Of a stretch of DNA of 64,000 nucleotides, positions 38,001 to 50,389 are shown in pieces. The DNA comes from Mobula hypostoma (lineage: Eukaryota): contig NC_086108.1 of the NCBI RefSeq assembly GCF_963921235.1, positions 93,932,001 to 93,996,000 of the forward strand. The letters are read 5' to 3'. How positions within the stretch are numbered: position 1 is the first letter of the stretch; every line of letters starts with the position of its first letter. The translations under genes and the position numbers were made by a program. Under the pieces are notes generated by a model. It was not told where the DNA came from and ran no database searches. It saw nothing but the letters and a program-made list of their open reading frames with translations.

Positions 38001-39282
38001 TTCAGCAGATGTTGAATACAGACAGTCAAGAGCAGGATTCTTTACAACATTTCTGTATGAGTTCTGAGCACTCTGTGTGCCAGGAATTCCTTCTTGTAAT
38101 TGCCCTGGTGTACATTATTAGCTTTCTGATCTTAATATGAAACTTGGATGATATAATGGAAAACATTTTAAATTAATATGCAAAAGTTATTTCTAGTCGA
38201 ACTAAATACATATTGTACAACTAAGTACAATACTGTGGATTGACTGGCCCCAGATGTGCCAGCTTCTTTCTTTGTATTTCTGGCCTCAGTACATGCTACG
38301 TGACAAAACCTCTCCGAACCTACTACACATATTGCAGTGGGGTGGCAAAATCCAGGCCATGCAAGTCTCCTTGATTACATGGCTGACCTTCAGCCATGCT
38401 TATGTAACAAGCTTCAAAGAGACCCAACATGTCTCTCCCACTCCCTAAAAGAAACCTTAGTGAAGATCCTCATACTCATATTAGCAACTAAAATTAGCCA
38501 AATATTTAGTGCTATCACTGAGATTGCGTTTAATGAGAGCACTGAATGAATTTGGCTAATTGTTGACATACACAGGCATTGGTGCTAGGTGCAGCCAGCA
38601 CTGTTGCCGTCCAGCTATCAAACAGCCATTGGACACCACCATTCTGGCTCACCTGAGGACCATATTCTGCATAGGTGAATCATTTTGTAGTAGGGACGAA
38701 GTTTACAACACAGTTCAAAACAATTTGCCCCAATTAAACAAGTTTTTTTGGGGGCTGCAAGTCAAATAATGCAATAGATTTATTTGAAAATGCAACTGGA
38801 ATAATCAGCAAAACAGACTCAATGAGCTTATATTTTTGGAAATGCACAAAAGGATTCTTTTTACTATGTAAGATGTAATTAATGATTAGGAGCTTGATTT
38901 AGTATCCAGGGAATGCAGAAATCATTCTTTGGTCATAAGCCATAAAAAGATATTTATGTTAACCATTAAAATGTAACATGTCTTAAAGATCATACTTGTG
39001 GGATAAAGTGATTTATTAATAGGAATATGTAATCATGATTATTTATTTGTTAATAATTACACTGGGGATGCTGCCTGGCCTGCTGTGTTCACCAGCAACT
39101 TTGATGTGTGTTGCTTGAATTTCCAGCATCTGCAGAATTCCTCGTGTTTGTGTTTTACAAGAGCACCATTTTGAGCATCCTGACAAGCTGCATCTCTCGC
39201 TGGTATGGGAGCAGTTGTGCATCAGACTTGAAGTCCCTACAAAGGACTGTGAGAACAGCTGAGAGGATCAGAGGGGTCATCT

Positions 39283-39725
39283 TCTAAGTTACAGAGAAAG
39301 GTTGAACAAGTTAGGTCTTTATTCTTTGGAGCGTAGAAGGTTGAGGGGGGACTTGATAGAGGTGTTTAAAATTATGAGGAGGATTGATAGAGTTGACGTG
39401 GATAGGCTTTTTTCATAGAGAGTGGGGTAGATTAAAACAGGAGGACATGAGTTGAGAGTTAAAGGGCAAAAGTTTAGGGGTAACATGAGGGGGAACTTCT
39501 TTACTCAGAGAGTGGTAGCTGTGTGGAACGAGCTTCCAGCAGAAGTGGTTGAGGCAGGTTCGATGTTGTCATTTAAAGATAAATTGGACAGTTATATGGA
39601 CAGGAAAGGAATGGAGGGTTCTGGGCTGAGTGCAGGTCGGTGGGGCTAAGAGAGAGTAAGAGTTCGGCACGGACTAGAAGGGCCGGGATGGCCTGTTTCC
39701 GTGCTGTAATTGTTATATGGTTATG
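39283..39725 (+). mobile_element. CR1 3' fragment
   Basis: RGNMRGNFFTQRVVAVWNELP; tail gttatatggttat. Confidence 0.85.
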
Positions 39726-41189
39726 CATCCGACTTTTGGAACTTTCTTTTGGATTGGCCATCACAAAAACTCCCTTGTCTATTCTACCAGCCACATCCTC
39801 AAAGCATTCTGGTAGCTAAGCATTTTTTCCCATGAATTCATGGTGACTCAATTCGAGGTGATCTGTTATTGCATCGTTTAAAATGGACTCCAGCACTTTA
39901 AGGGCATTTTGCTAACAGACTGGCAGTCCCCTGTCTCACATTTAAATTGTGGTCATATTTGTTTCCCCCCGTCCCCATAGCAACAATTCCAGAATCTTTG
40001 GAAGATGACTCCAGAGAACCCATTAATTTTAAAGCTAACTCTCAAAATCCTGGGGTGTAAATCATTGAGGGTCTTTGGAATGTATCAGCTTTTTAATTCA
40101 CCGATTTATCCAGTACTTTGACCAACACCTCGTTCGTTCAATATCTATGGAGGGGAATAAATTGTCCACGTTTCGGGCTAAGGCCCTTCATCAGGACTGG
40201 ATATGAAGGGGAAGGAGTACAAGCTGGCAGGTGATTGCTGAAACCAGGTGACTGGGGAAAGAGTTCCTCCAGCAGTTCGTGTAGTTCTGAATTTTCAGCA
40301 TTTACAGAATCTTTTTTTTGTTAGTCCACCTGTCTCAGTAGGCCCTCGATTCTCTAATATTTATGCGTTTATGTTGGCTTCATGTATGAAGGCAGATACA
40401 TTAAACTCCTCAGCTATTATTCCTCATTATAAATGACCCTATCTGTAAAGGACGCTCAGATCGTTTATTTTTCTACCTACAAAATAGTTTAGAAACAGCA
40501 ATACAACACGAATACAGGCCCTTCGACCTAGGAGTTCATGCCTACCAGGGTACCCGCCCGGCTCGTCCCAATATCCTACATTCGACCCAGATCCCTCCAC
40601 AAAGCTATTCAAGTGCTTATACCTGTCCTGCCCATCTTTATGTAACTCGCCGGTCTTTATCCGCTGCTTTTCGGGAAAAAAAAGGATGGTAAAGATTTAC
40701 GGTTCAGTGCTCAGTATTGTCACTGATGGGTGAATTACAAAACCAACTTAACTTATTTCGAAATTATCAAGTCTGCAAACCTGGTGAATTGAGAGGTGGC
40801 ATCGGAGAAATGAAAATAGGGAGTGCCAGGTCGAGTTCACTCTCAAGTGCACAAGTACGCTGAAAACATCGGTTGCAGCAACATAATCGACACGTAGCTA
40901 CGGACAACAGGCAGATGATAAATTATACATAAATTTCCCACTACGTAAGTCTGGCAGCATCTGTAGAGGAAGACGTGGGGTTAATGCTCCAGATCAAATA
41001 TGCTGTCCGACGTGCTAAGAGTTCCCAGCGTTTTCTGCAGTACATTGATTTCATTTTACGGTAGCTGCAAGTTTTTTTAAAGTTTGTGAAATTAGAGGAG
41101 CCAGTTCCTACACTGGGTTACATGAGTAACCCTGCATGAATAATTATAAAATACTGCAAGTGGCAAGAAGAAATATTGGAGTTCCTACT

Positions 41190-41565
41190 CCGGAATCTCG
41201 TACCCCTCTCCCACTCCGGCCCCGTCCCCCATCCGACGGACTCTGCCCGGTCCCGCGTCTAACAACTTCTCCCACTGCCCACCTCCGACCCGATTCCCCG
41301 TTCAAAGGCCTCGACCACCCGCCCCCCGCCCATTTCCCGATCCGGCTCCGCCATATGACGATCCTTCCTCAGATCCGGTCTCGCACCCTTGCCCACTGAC
41401 TCTCGCCTGGTCCGCTCCTCCGTCCTGGTGTCGTACCCCGGTGCTCCGGTCTCTCCCCGGTTCCGCAGAATCCAACCCCCGCTCTGATCTACCGTCCCGC
41501 GGGTGCCGTGGTCCTTCCTTCAGCTCCCACAGGACCTCTGCCACCCCGCCTCCCCCTCGCCGAAC
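41190..41565. promoter_or_regulatory. CpG-island-like, C-skewed segment with GC boxes
   Basis: High CpG/GC content in a CpG-poor window; ccgccccccgccc at ~41317. Confidence 0.55.
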
Positions 41566-41685
41566 TTGGGGCTCATTACTTTGTTCAGCCCTTACATGGG
41601 GTCACGTTTGCTTTCCTCTTCCCGAAGACAGTTTCTGTTTCGTTCCGAGAAATTCAAAGAGAAATAAAGAGTTCAAACGGGAAGC

Positions 41686-41689
41686 AAAA
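41686..41689 (-). terminator. Pol III T4 terminator of tRNA-Arg
   Basis: TTTT on minus strand 5 nt after the discriminator base, GC-flanked. Confidence 0.7.
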
Positions 41690-41694
41690 GCGAA

Positions 41695-41780
41695 CGACTC
41701 CGCCGGGACTCGAACCCGGAACCTTTGAATGTCTTCAACCCGCTAGAAGTCCAATGCGCTATCCATTGCGCCACGGAGCC
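41695..41780 (-). tRNA. tRNA-Arg-TCT: tRNA-Arg(TCT) with 13-nt intron (41731-41743)
   Basis: GGCTCCGTGGCGCAATGGATAGCGCATTGGACTTCTA-gcgggttgaagac-ATTCAAAGGTTCCGGGTTCGAGTCCCGGCGGAGTCG; anticodon at 41745-41747; A/B boxes. Confidence 0.97.
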
Positions 41781-42648
41781 ACCTGTTGGATTCACCACTA
41801 CACTCCACATGGCTCCACATACCGCATTGTATCGTTCTACTTTACTGATTGTTGTTGGTAGCTTTGTTTTAATATAAATACGAAAGTTTCCCCTCATTTC
41901 TTTCTGCGGCATCTTGGGATTTACTTAGAGAATTATACCAAATTGCGTTCAACGGTTCAAGAAGACATTTTTAGTCTTATTTTAATAGGCGGAGCTGCAT
42001 TTCAACAGTGCTACGCGCGAACTTTAATCCATCCCCAAGCTGCCGAGCAAACAAACTGAAGCGGCAGCAGGCCAAGAGCTGTGCTGCAGACTGGTCTCTT
42101 GGCTCGGAAATAATATTGAAGGGGAAAAATAATTTCGTCTTCAGCAAAAAACATGTTGCTATGCTATCTGAATATGTGATATAATCTGCTGGTGTTTTAT
42201 AAAACTGTAGATAATGAAAATCTGAAATTAAAACAAAATGCGAAAATAATTCAGCAGGCCAGACATCTTGGTTGGGCACCAGTTGCACCCGTGGGAATGG
42301 CCGTGTTTGCCATTGATTTGGAGGCTCTTTTTCACTATCCTGGTCCTGATGAAGAAAAGATTGAAGATAAAGGTTAGTTTTATTTGTCACCTGTTGAAAC
42401 ATCAGTGAAATGTGTCATTTGTATCAAGTTAAATCAGTGAGGATTGTGCTGGGCAGCCCTCAAATTAAGAGCCAAGTAAGCAGTTCCTTCTGAAGCAGGT
42501 CTTCTCTCTCCACAGACGCTGTCTGGCCTTCTGAGTGCTGCCAGCAGTTTCGGATAGAAATGGACTCTTGTTCAGGTCTTTTCTTTACTCCTCATTTACT
42601 CAGAGCTCTCTGATTTAGACCCAATATTTCCAAAACGGTTTACGCCGG

Positions 42649-42684
42649 AGTCCTGATGAAGGGTCTCTGCACGAAACGTCGACT
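42649..42684 (+). ncRNA. Minimal hammerhead motif in a short PLE-derived insert
   Basis: agtc-CUGAUGA-a-gggucucugcac-GAAA-c-GUC-gacu; intact core, one stem II mismatch. Confidence 0.6.
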
Positions 42685-42997
42685 GTTTACTCCCCTCCAG
42701 AGAAGCAGCTTGACGTGTAGAGTTCTTCCAGCGTTTTCTGCCATTTGCTCAAAACTTCCAGCATGTGCAGATTCTCTTGTGTTTACTCTCTTTTTGAACT
42801 ATTTAATTTAATTATATATACAACTTACTGTAATTTATAGTTTTTTATTAATAAAAATGAGAAATTTCACAGCATACGTCAGTGATAAAAAAAACACAAT
42901 TCTGATTTAGAGAACAGTAGTTTTCAGTGATGACGATGTAATGTAGATCATACTGGCACAAGGCACTTCAAAGGAACAACATCAAACAAAATTTGAA

Positions 42998-43679
42998 AAC
43001 AACAGGAATTCTGCAGATGCTGGAAATTCAAGCAACGCACATCAAAGTTGCTGGTGAACGCAGCAGGCCAGGCAGCATCTCTAGGAAGAGGTGCAGTCGA
43101 CGTTTCAGGCCGAGTCCCTTCGTCAGGACTAACTGAACAAAGAGCTAGTAAGAGATTTGAAAGTTGGAGGGGGAGGGGGAGATCCAAAATGATAGGAGAA
43201 GACAGGAGGGGGAGGGATGGAGCCAAGAGCTGGACAGGTGATTGGCAAAGGGGATACGAGAGGATCATGGGACAGGAGGCCCAGGGAGAAAGGCAAGGCG
43301 GGGGGAACCCAGAGGATGGTCAAGGGGTATAGTCAGAGGGACAGAGGGAGAAAAAGGAGAGTGAGAGAAAGAATGTGTGTATAAAAATAAATAACAGATG
43401 GGGTACGAGGGGGAGGTGGGGCCTTAGCGGAAGTTAGAGAAGTCGATGTTCATGCCATCAGGTTGGAGGCTACCCAGACAGAATATAAGGTGTTGTTCCT
43501 CCAACCTGAGTGTAGCTGCATCTTTACAGTAGAGGAGGCCGTGGATAGACATGTCAGAATGGGAATGGGATGTGGAATTAAAGTGTGTGGCCACTGGGAG
43601 ATCTTGCTTTCTCTGGCAGACAGAGTGTAGGTGTTCAGCAAAGCGGTCTCCCAGTCTGCATCAGGTCTCGCCAATATAA
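42998..43679 (-). mobile_element. Penelope-like (Neptune) 3' fragment with HHR at 43095-43130
   Basis: GIY-YIG C-terminus and pLTR; 15-bp TSD caaacaaaatttgaa 42983-42997 / 43680-43694. Confidence 0.9.
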
Positions 43680-44798
43680 CAAACAAAATTTGAAGCCTAG
43701 CCACATGAGGCCAACTATAAGGCAGGAAAATTGTTATGTGAAATAAAAACAGTTGAGACTAGGGACCTGCCATCTAAATGTAAAGCGGTGGTGTTGAAGG
43801 GATTAATGTCAGGGATGTAACTGAGAACAGATTGTAACTGTGCACCTTTTAAGGCCGGAGGAGATGGCAAGCAGCAGAAACAAGGATGAGGTTTTTGAAG
43901 TTCCCAGACCAAGCAAGCAAACAATTCAACAATGTGCTCAAAGCTTCCTTGTGGGAGTGCAGCCTCCTTACTGGGAGTCTCTGACTATGATCACTCAAAG
44001 TGACAAAGGAGCCTCGAGAACCTTGAGGCCGTGCATCAGGAGCACAAAGATGCCCAATGTAAGCAGCAGATGGAGTGCACCATCCCCATCAGACATGTCA
44101 CGCCTCAGCCCTGGAACTTGGCCTTGTTAGCTACCCCAGAACCCAGGAAACCGGAGTGGAAGCAGGTCCCTCTAGATTCTGAGGGACTACCGAATAAGCA
44201 GAGGAAGAAGGGAATTGGAGTCAGGTTTACTATCACTGACACATGTGGAATTTGTTGTTTTGCAGTGCAGTGCAATACATTAAAAAGTCACAATAAGAAG
44301 TATTTTTAAAACAAGTCAGTAGTGCAAAAAGTGAGTTTGTGTTCATGGGTTCACGGACCATACAGAAATCTGACTGCAGAAGCGAAGAAGCTGATCCTAA
44401 ACCAGTGGGTGTGGGTTGGCAGACCCCTGTACCTCCTCCCTGATGAGAAGAGGACACGTCCTGGTGGTGAAGGTCCCTGATGATGGGTGACAGCTACTCG
44501 AAGATGTCCTCAATAGTGGACAGGCTGGTGCCCAGGATGGAGCTGACTGAGTTGACAGTCCTCTGAAGAACGGGATGTGTGTGAATTAGGACGTGGAATT
44601 GAAGGATAAAACACTTAGATGAGGTTAACAGCATGCAGGAACATTGTTCCTGTGCTCTATGTTCTCTTTAAATCTATATAATTAGACCAATTACATAGAA
44701 TTATAAAGAACAAACAGCACAGTATGTTCCTTTTAAATCTCTGTAATTTGTCTACAACAGATACTTTCCAGTTGAAAGCAAACTATTAAACTATGATC

Positions 44799-45013
44799 AA
44801 CACACAGAGAATGTTGGAGGAACTCAGCAGGCCAGGCAGCATCTATGGAAGAATGTACAGTCGGCATTTCGGGCCAAAACCCTCTGGCAGGCCAGCTCTG
44901 CCGAAGGGTTTCGGCCCGAAACATCGACTGTACCCTTTTCCATAGATGCTGCCTGGCCTGCTGAGTTCCTCCAGCATTCTGTGTGTTTTCCTTCGGATTT
45001 CCAGCATCTGCAG
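44799..45013. mobile_element. Fold-back mini-Penelope (two inverted pLTR ends)
   Basis: ~95-bp inverted arms plus 3' tail; 14-bp TSD attaaactatgatc 44785-44798 / 45014-45027. Confidence 0.85.
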
Positions 45014-46201
45014 ATTAAACTATGATCTCTGAAAAGGTTGGATAATTAACCAGTTTAATTTTTCGTCTCTGCTGAATTACAAAGTAAAGCTATTCCCAGT
45101 TTCACTATGCTCATTGCCTCAACTTGCTGATGAAAGTTTTTCCAATGCTTACTTGGCTCTTAACTTTTTGAGAACCCATCCTCCACTTTTGATTGGGATA
45201 CAGCATGGAGTAGGCCCTTCCAAGCCTTCAAGACACACCACCCAGCAATCCGCTGATTTAATCCTCGCCTAATCACAGGACAATTTGCAATGACCAATGA
45301 ACCTGCCAACTGGTATGTCTTTGGATGGCTGGAGGAACTGGAGCACCCAGAGTAAACTCACCTGGTCACAAGGAGAACGAATATATATTTGTAATTTATA
45401 GTTTTTAAAATTATAATCTATTGCAGTGTACTGCTACCATAAAACAACAAATTTCATGACATATGCCAGTGATATTAAACCTGATTCTAATTCTGAAAAA
45501 CACCTGTTTTGTCGTTTGAGAGGCATCATAAAATAAGTATGCTAACTGCAAGGATTTATCTATGTATATAGTCTATTTCAAGCTATTTTAAAAGGTTTAT
45601 TGTTTGCTGGTATGTACAAGCAATGCATCTCCAGAGACAGTGAAATTCAGATGCCTGCTGGTTAATGCTGTTGCAGTTGCGCGTATCTCCACTAGGGGTC
45701 GGTGCTGGACCTGAAATAGGACGGCGCTTCCATACCACGTGACTGGATGGAGCTGCGTGTTCTCATGTCCATTGGCTTGTTTTCTGTTACCATCCTGAGG
45801 ACTGAAGGAACTTTCTCTTTGTCTCTTAATGTGTGTGTAGAGGAATTGTTTTTTTTAAATTACAGTGGTAGCACAATATGTTAAATTAGCCATACTTTTT
45901 TTTTCTTTTTCAAAATAAATTAGGCAGGGCCGCTCAAAGCACCTGTCACAAGTTGTTAGAAGGTATTGACCTTTCATAGACATCGATTACATAATAAGGT
46001 GTTGGGCGGATCCCACAGAGTTCAATAACTTAAATGCTGTACATATTCAGGCAGTTTACTCTGTGAATAACCAGAATTAAACAGTAATGAGATGAACGAG
46101 TTACAATGGAAAAAAATGTCCCCCAGTTTCTGTAGCAACCCACCTTGCTTAAGATGTAACATATATGTGCAATGCCCTGATTAAGATTTCTAATACTACG
46201 C

Positions 46202-47021
46202 TGTGAGGTATTTTTAATTTAGCAGTTTTCTGTAGAAGCAATGTGTCCTGTTGTTAAAAGTGTTTTTGGCTTCAGCTAAAGACAAGGAAGCATGTTGTCC
46301 AATTTAGGAATGTGTGTCAGCCAATCGGGGCTGTCTTGGTACTTTCTGCCCAGTGGGATGCCATGGAAGATTCGAGAGAGCTGGACGGAATTTGATTTCT
46401 GAAGGACTGTAGTCTGGTTTGGGGTCTTTTGGCAGGAGCTGCGGAGCGGGGTACAAGGAAAGATGCTCGCAGGATGGAGAGACCCCATTATAAGAGGAGC
46501 TTTGTGCGGATGAATGGTTCCAGGGAGGAAGAGCCAATAATCCTGAGTTAGCCCATTTGTTCGAGATGGCCTTCAAGAGAAGTTTGAACTGTGGCTGGTG
46601 TCTTTCACGCAGAGTGTGAGTTCAACACATGAGTGAAGTGATACACCCAACTACTCCAGGAATGAGCTCCAACGTTTATGTGCACACTTGGACTGGATTA
46701 ACTGTAATGGGCCCTTTTATTTTTCTGTTAACTATGCTAAAGTTGAAATGTATTGGTAAATATATTTTCTTTGTAATTTTATGCTGGTGTACGATCCGTT
46801 AATTTTCTGGTGAACAATAACTTTGCATGGGGCAGTATTCACACAGTATTCACTAAAATTAATGTTCCCCCAGAACATTCCAACTTTCCTGTTTAGTTGA
46901 AGCCAATTCGAGACATGTGTTGCTTATGGAAGGTGTCCTCCCCACCACTGAGTAACGTAGCTGCTAGCAGAGCTGGCTGACGAGCCCGGTTTTGTATACA
47001 AGCCCCGGCGAGAGGGTTGCA
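46202..47021. mobile_element. Possible solo LTR
   Basis: TG...CA ends, 5-bp flanks tacgc / tgcgc (1 mismatch), CCAAT at ~46321; no coding sequence. Confidence 0.35.
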
Positions 47022-47339
47022 TGCGCTATCTGGTGCGCAGGACATAGAGTAGGGAGATTTTGGTGTAACACACAGAGAATACTGAGAGAACTCAGCAGGT
47101 CAGGCAGCATCAATGGAGGAGAATAAAGAGTCAATGTTTTGAGCCAAGACCCTTCATCAGGACTGGAAAGGAAAAGGGTGTGGGCAGGTTCTGGTAGAAC
47201 TTAATGGAACATTGGTTGGGGCACAACTGCACTACTGTCATATCTAGTGTACAGGAGCCCGAGGATGCACACTCAATGTTTTAGAAATAGCTTCTTCTTC
47301 TCCACCATCAGATTTCTGAATGCTCTATGACCCTCCATC

Positions 47340-47850
47340 CTACTGGAAAGGTGGAAATAAGGGTGAAAGAGTACGGAGAAAATTTACAAGGACGTTGCCG
47401 GGTCTGGAGGGCCTGAGTGTAAGGAAAGATTGAAAAGGTTAGGACTTTATTCCTTGGAATGTAGAAGACTGAGAGGAGATTTAATAGAGGTATACAAAAT
47501 TATGAGGGGTTTAGATATGGTAAATGCAGGCAGGCTTTCTCCACTGAGGTTGGGTGGGACTACAACTAGAGGTTATGGGTTAAGGGTGAAAGGTGAAAAG
47601 TTTATGGGGAACATGAGGGAGACTTCCTCACTCAGAGGGCTGTGAGAGTGTGGAACTAACTGCCAGTGCAAGTGCTGCGTGCGAGCCCAGTTTCAACATT
47701 TAAGAGAAGTTTGGATGGGTGCATGCATGGTAGGGGTACGGAGGGCTCTGGTCCCAGTGCAGGTAGATGGGAGTATGTAGTTTAAATGGCTCCCATGAAC
47801 TAGATAGGCCAAAGGGCCTGTTTCTGTGCTGTGGTTTTCTACAACTCTAT
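47340..47850 (+). mobile_element. CR1 3' fragment
   Basis: RLGLYSLECRRLRGDLIEVYKIMRG. Confidence 0.85.
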
Positions 47851-48577
47851 ATGTCAGTGATAATTAATCTGATTCTGAATTTGTCAGGCAATGATTCTTC
47901 ACCTTCCTGGTGACAGAGAAAAGAGCAGTCCACCTCACATTGCTATATATGGTGATAAAGGAGATTGCACAACACAGTTCCCCAAGTTTCTATGAGATAG
48001 ACATTTGTAAAGAAATTAAGTGGTTCCATAATTTCAGTGGTACTTTATTTGGATTGCAGCATTTATCATGCATGGAGTCCCTGTGGGGCCTAGATCCCTG
48101 GAATAAATAGACCGTAAAAATGATGGATTTTACACAACTCTGAGAGGTGATTTTTCAGCCTGCAAGAATATTTTCCACTTCGATGTCTGAGAAAGACAAC
48201 AATGAACTTTTAAACCTGATCCTTCCTGAAGCTCTGTGAAGACTGTCAAACCATTCAGCTGCCCGTTAGTTGAGCTTATTATACTGAACCTAACGCGTTT
48301 TGTTGTCAGCCTTGTGAGACAGTTTCTCATGGAGAAGATTCTTCACTATAGTTTCTGTGCCTTTTGAAAAAGTGAATAAGACATTTTCTAAACAAAGTTC
48401 TTGTGGTCAAAATTATTGGTAGTCTTCAACCTCCCGGGTTCCCTATGAGAGGGTTGGTGTTAACCATAAATGTCTACCTGTCAATGTCTTGTGAAGAGAA
48501 GAGAAGAGGCTGAATATTTTAGTCACATTTTCTCTTTTAATCTGTTATTTAATGACAAATTATGTGTTTTATATACA

Positions 48578-49225
48578 AACAAAAAATGTTGGAGGAATTC
48601 AGCAGATCTGGCAGCACCTGTGAAGGGGAATAAACAGTTGATATTTTAAGGCCAAGACCCTTCATGAGGTCGGGAAAGGAATGGGGCAGAAGTCAGAATA
48701 ATAAGGCCGGGGGGGGGGTGGGGGAGTTACAAACTGGCAGGTGGTAGGTGAGACTAGGTGAGGGGGAAGGTGGGTGGGTAGAGGAGGGGGAATGAAGTAA
48801 GAAACTAGGAGGGGAAAGGTGGAAGAGGTGAAGGACTGAAGAAGAAGAAGAAGAAATCTACCTGGAGAGGACATGGAAGAAAGGGAATCGTGGGGAAGGA
48901 GAATCAGAGAGAGGTGAGGAGAAGAAAAGGGGTAACCAGAATGGGGAAGAGAGAAGGGTGGAGGGAAAAATTCCAGAAGCTGGAGAAATCAGTGTTCATG
49001 CCATCAGATTGGAGGCCACCCAAACAAGGTGTTGGAGGAGGTGTTGCTCTTCCAAACATCTTTCTCTGGATTCTGCCCCCAACCTTTCCAGTCCTGATGA
49101 AGGGTCTCGACCCAAAATGTCAACTGTTTATTTCCCTCCATACATGCTGCCTGACTTGCTGAGTTCCTCTGACATTTTGTGAATGTTGCTCCAGATTTCC
49201 AGCGTCTGCAGAATCTCTTATGTTT
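48578..49225. mobile_element. Older PLE insertion: minus-strand pLTR/GIY-YIG end plus inverted plus-strand pLTR end
   Basis: Remnant of GMNTDFS on minus strand; degenerate HHR gtcctgatgaagggtctcgacccaaaatgtc at ~49091. Confidence 0.7.
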
Positions 49226-50389
49226 TATCTAGTTTTTTTTTGGTTTATCATTCTGATATGTACTGAGATATAATGAAAAACTTATATTGCAAGCCATCTT
49301 CAAAACATAAGGACTTTGGGGTAGTAGACAGGAAAAGCAATAACAAAATGCAGAATAGGGTGTTGCAGTTACAGGTAGACAACAAGGTGCAAAGTCCATG
49401 TCGAGGTTGTGAGGTTAAGAGTTTATCTTTAACAGACAAGAGGTCCACTCAATTGATTTATAACAGTGGGATAGAAGCTGTCCTTTAGCCTGGTGATAAG
49501 TGTTTCCAAGCTTTTTAATCTTCTGTCTGATGGAAGGGGAGAGAGGAGAGAATGTCTGGGATGGGAGGGGTTTTTGATTAAGCTGACTGCTTTACCAAGG
49601 ATCTGGAATGTTCGAGTCATAGAGCACTAAAGCACAGAACAGGCCCTTCGCCAACCTAATCTGTGCTGCACTGTTAGTCTGCCTCGTCCCACCGACCCAT
49701 CGCCATCCACTTCCCTCCCATCCGTGTACTCATCCAAATTTCTCTTAAGTGTTGAAATCGGACTTGCATCCACCACTTAAAATGGCGACTCGTTCCAGTC
49801 ACACCACCCTTCGAGTGAAGAGGTTCCCCATCAGGTTTCCCTTAACTATTTCACCTTTCACCCACGTAGGGGAAGCTGTATTTGATGTGCTGAGCTGTGT
49901 CTACAAATCTCTGCAATCTCTTGAGCTCTTGAGCAGAGCAGAACACACAAAACCATTGATTCGTGGAAACTTGCAACCCTAGCAGACCTTTCAGATCATC
50001 TGTGAAACAGTTAAACTATTCTCATCACCTGTATCCACCAAGTAGCACCTGCCTTGTCTTAACTAGATCATTTTCTTGTCCCCATTGGCTGTCCAAAACT
50101 CTGTTAAAAAAACATTTATGGAATCGGCTTCCAGCAGTTCTTCAGGCACAGCATTCCAACCCTGGCAACTCCCTGCGTGTGAGGAAAACAGTCTTCATTT
50201 CTCTCAACACACACAAAATGCTGCAGGAACTCAACAGGTCATGCAGTATCGATGGTGGGAAATGATTCAAATCGCGATTTACTGCTCAAGAAGGCTTTCT
50301 CTATCTACATTTCCAACACCTCTCATTGGTAAAGCTCTTGCTAAACAGAGAATGGTAAAAATCATTTTACTTATAATTTATGGTGGTAA

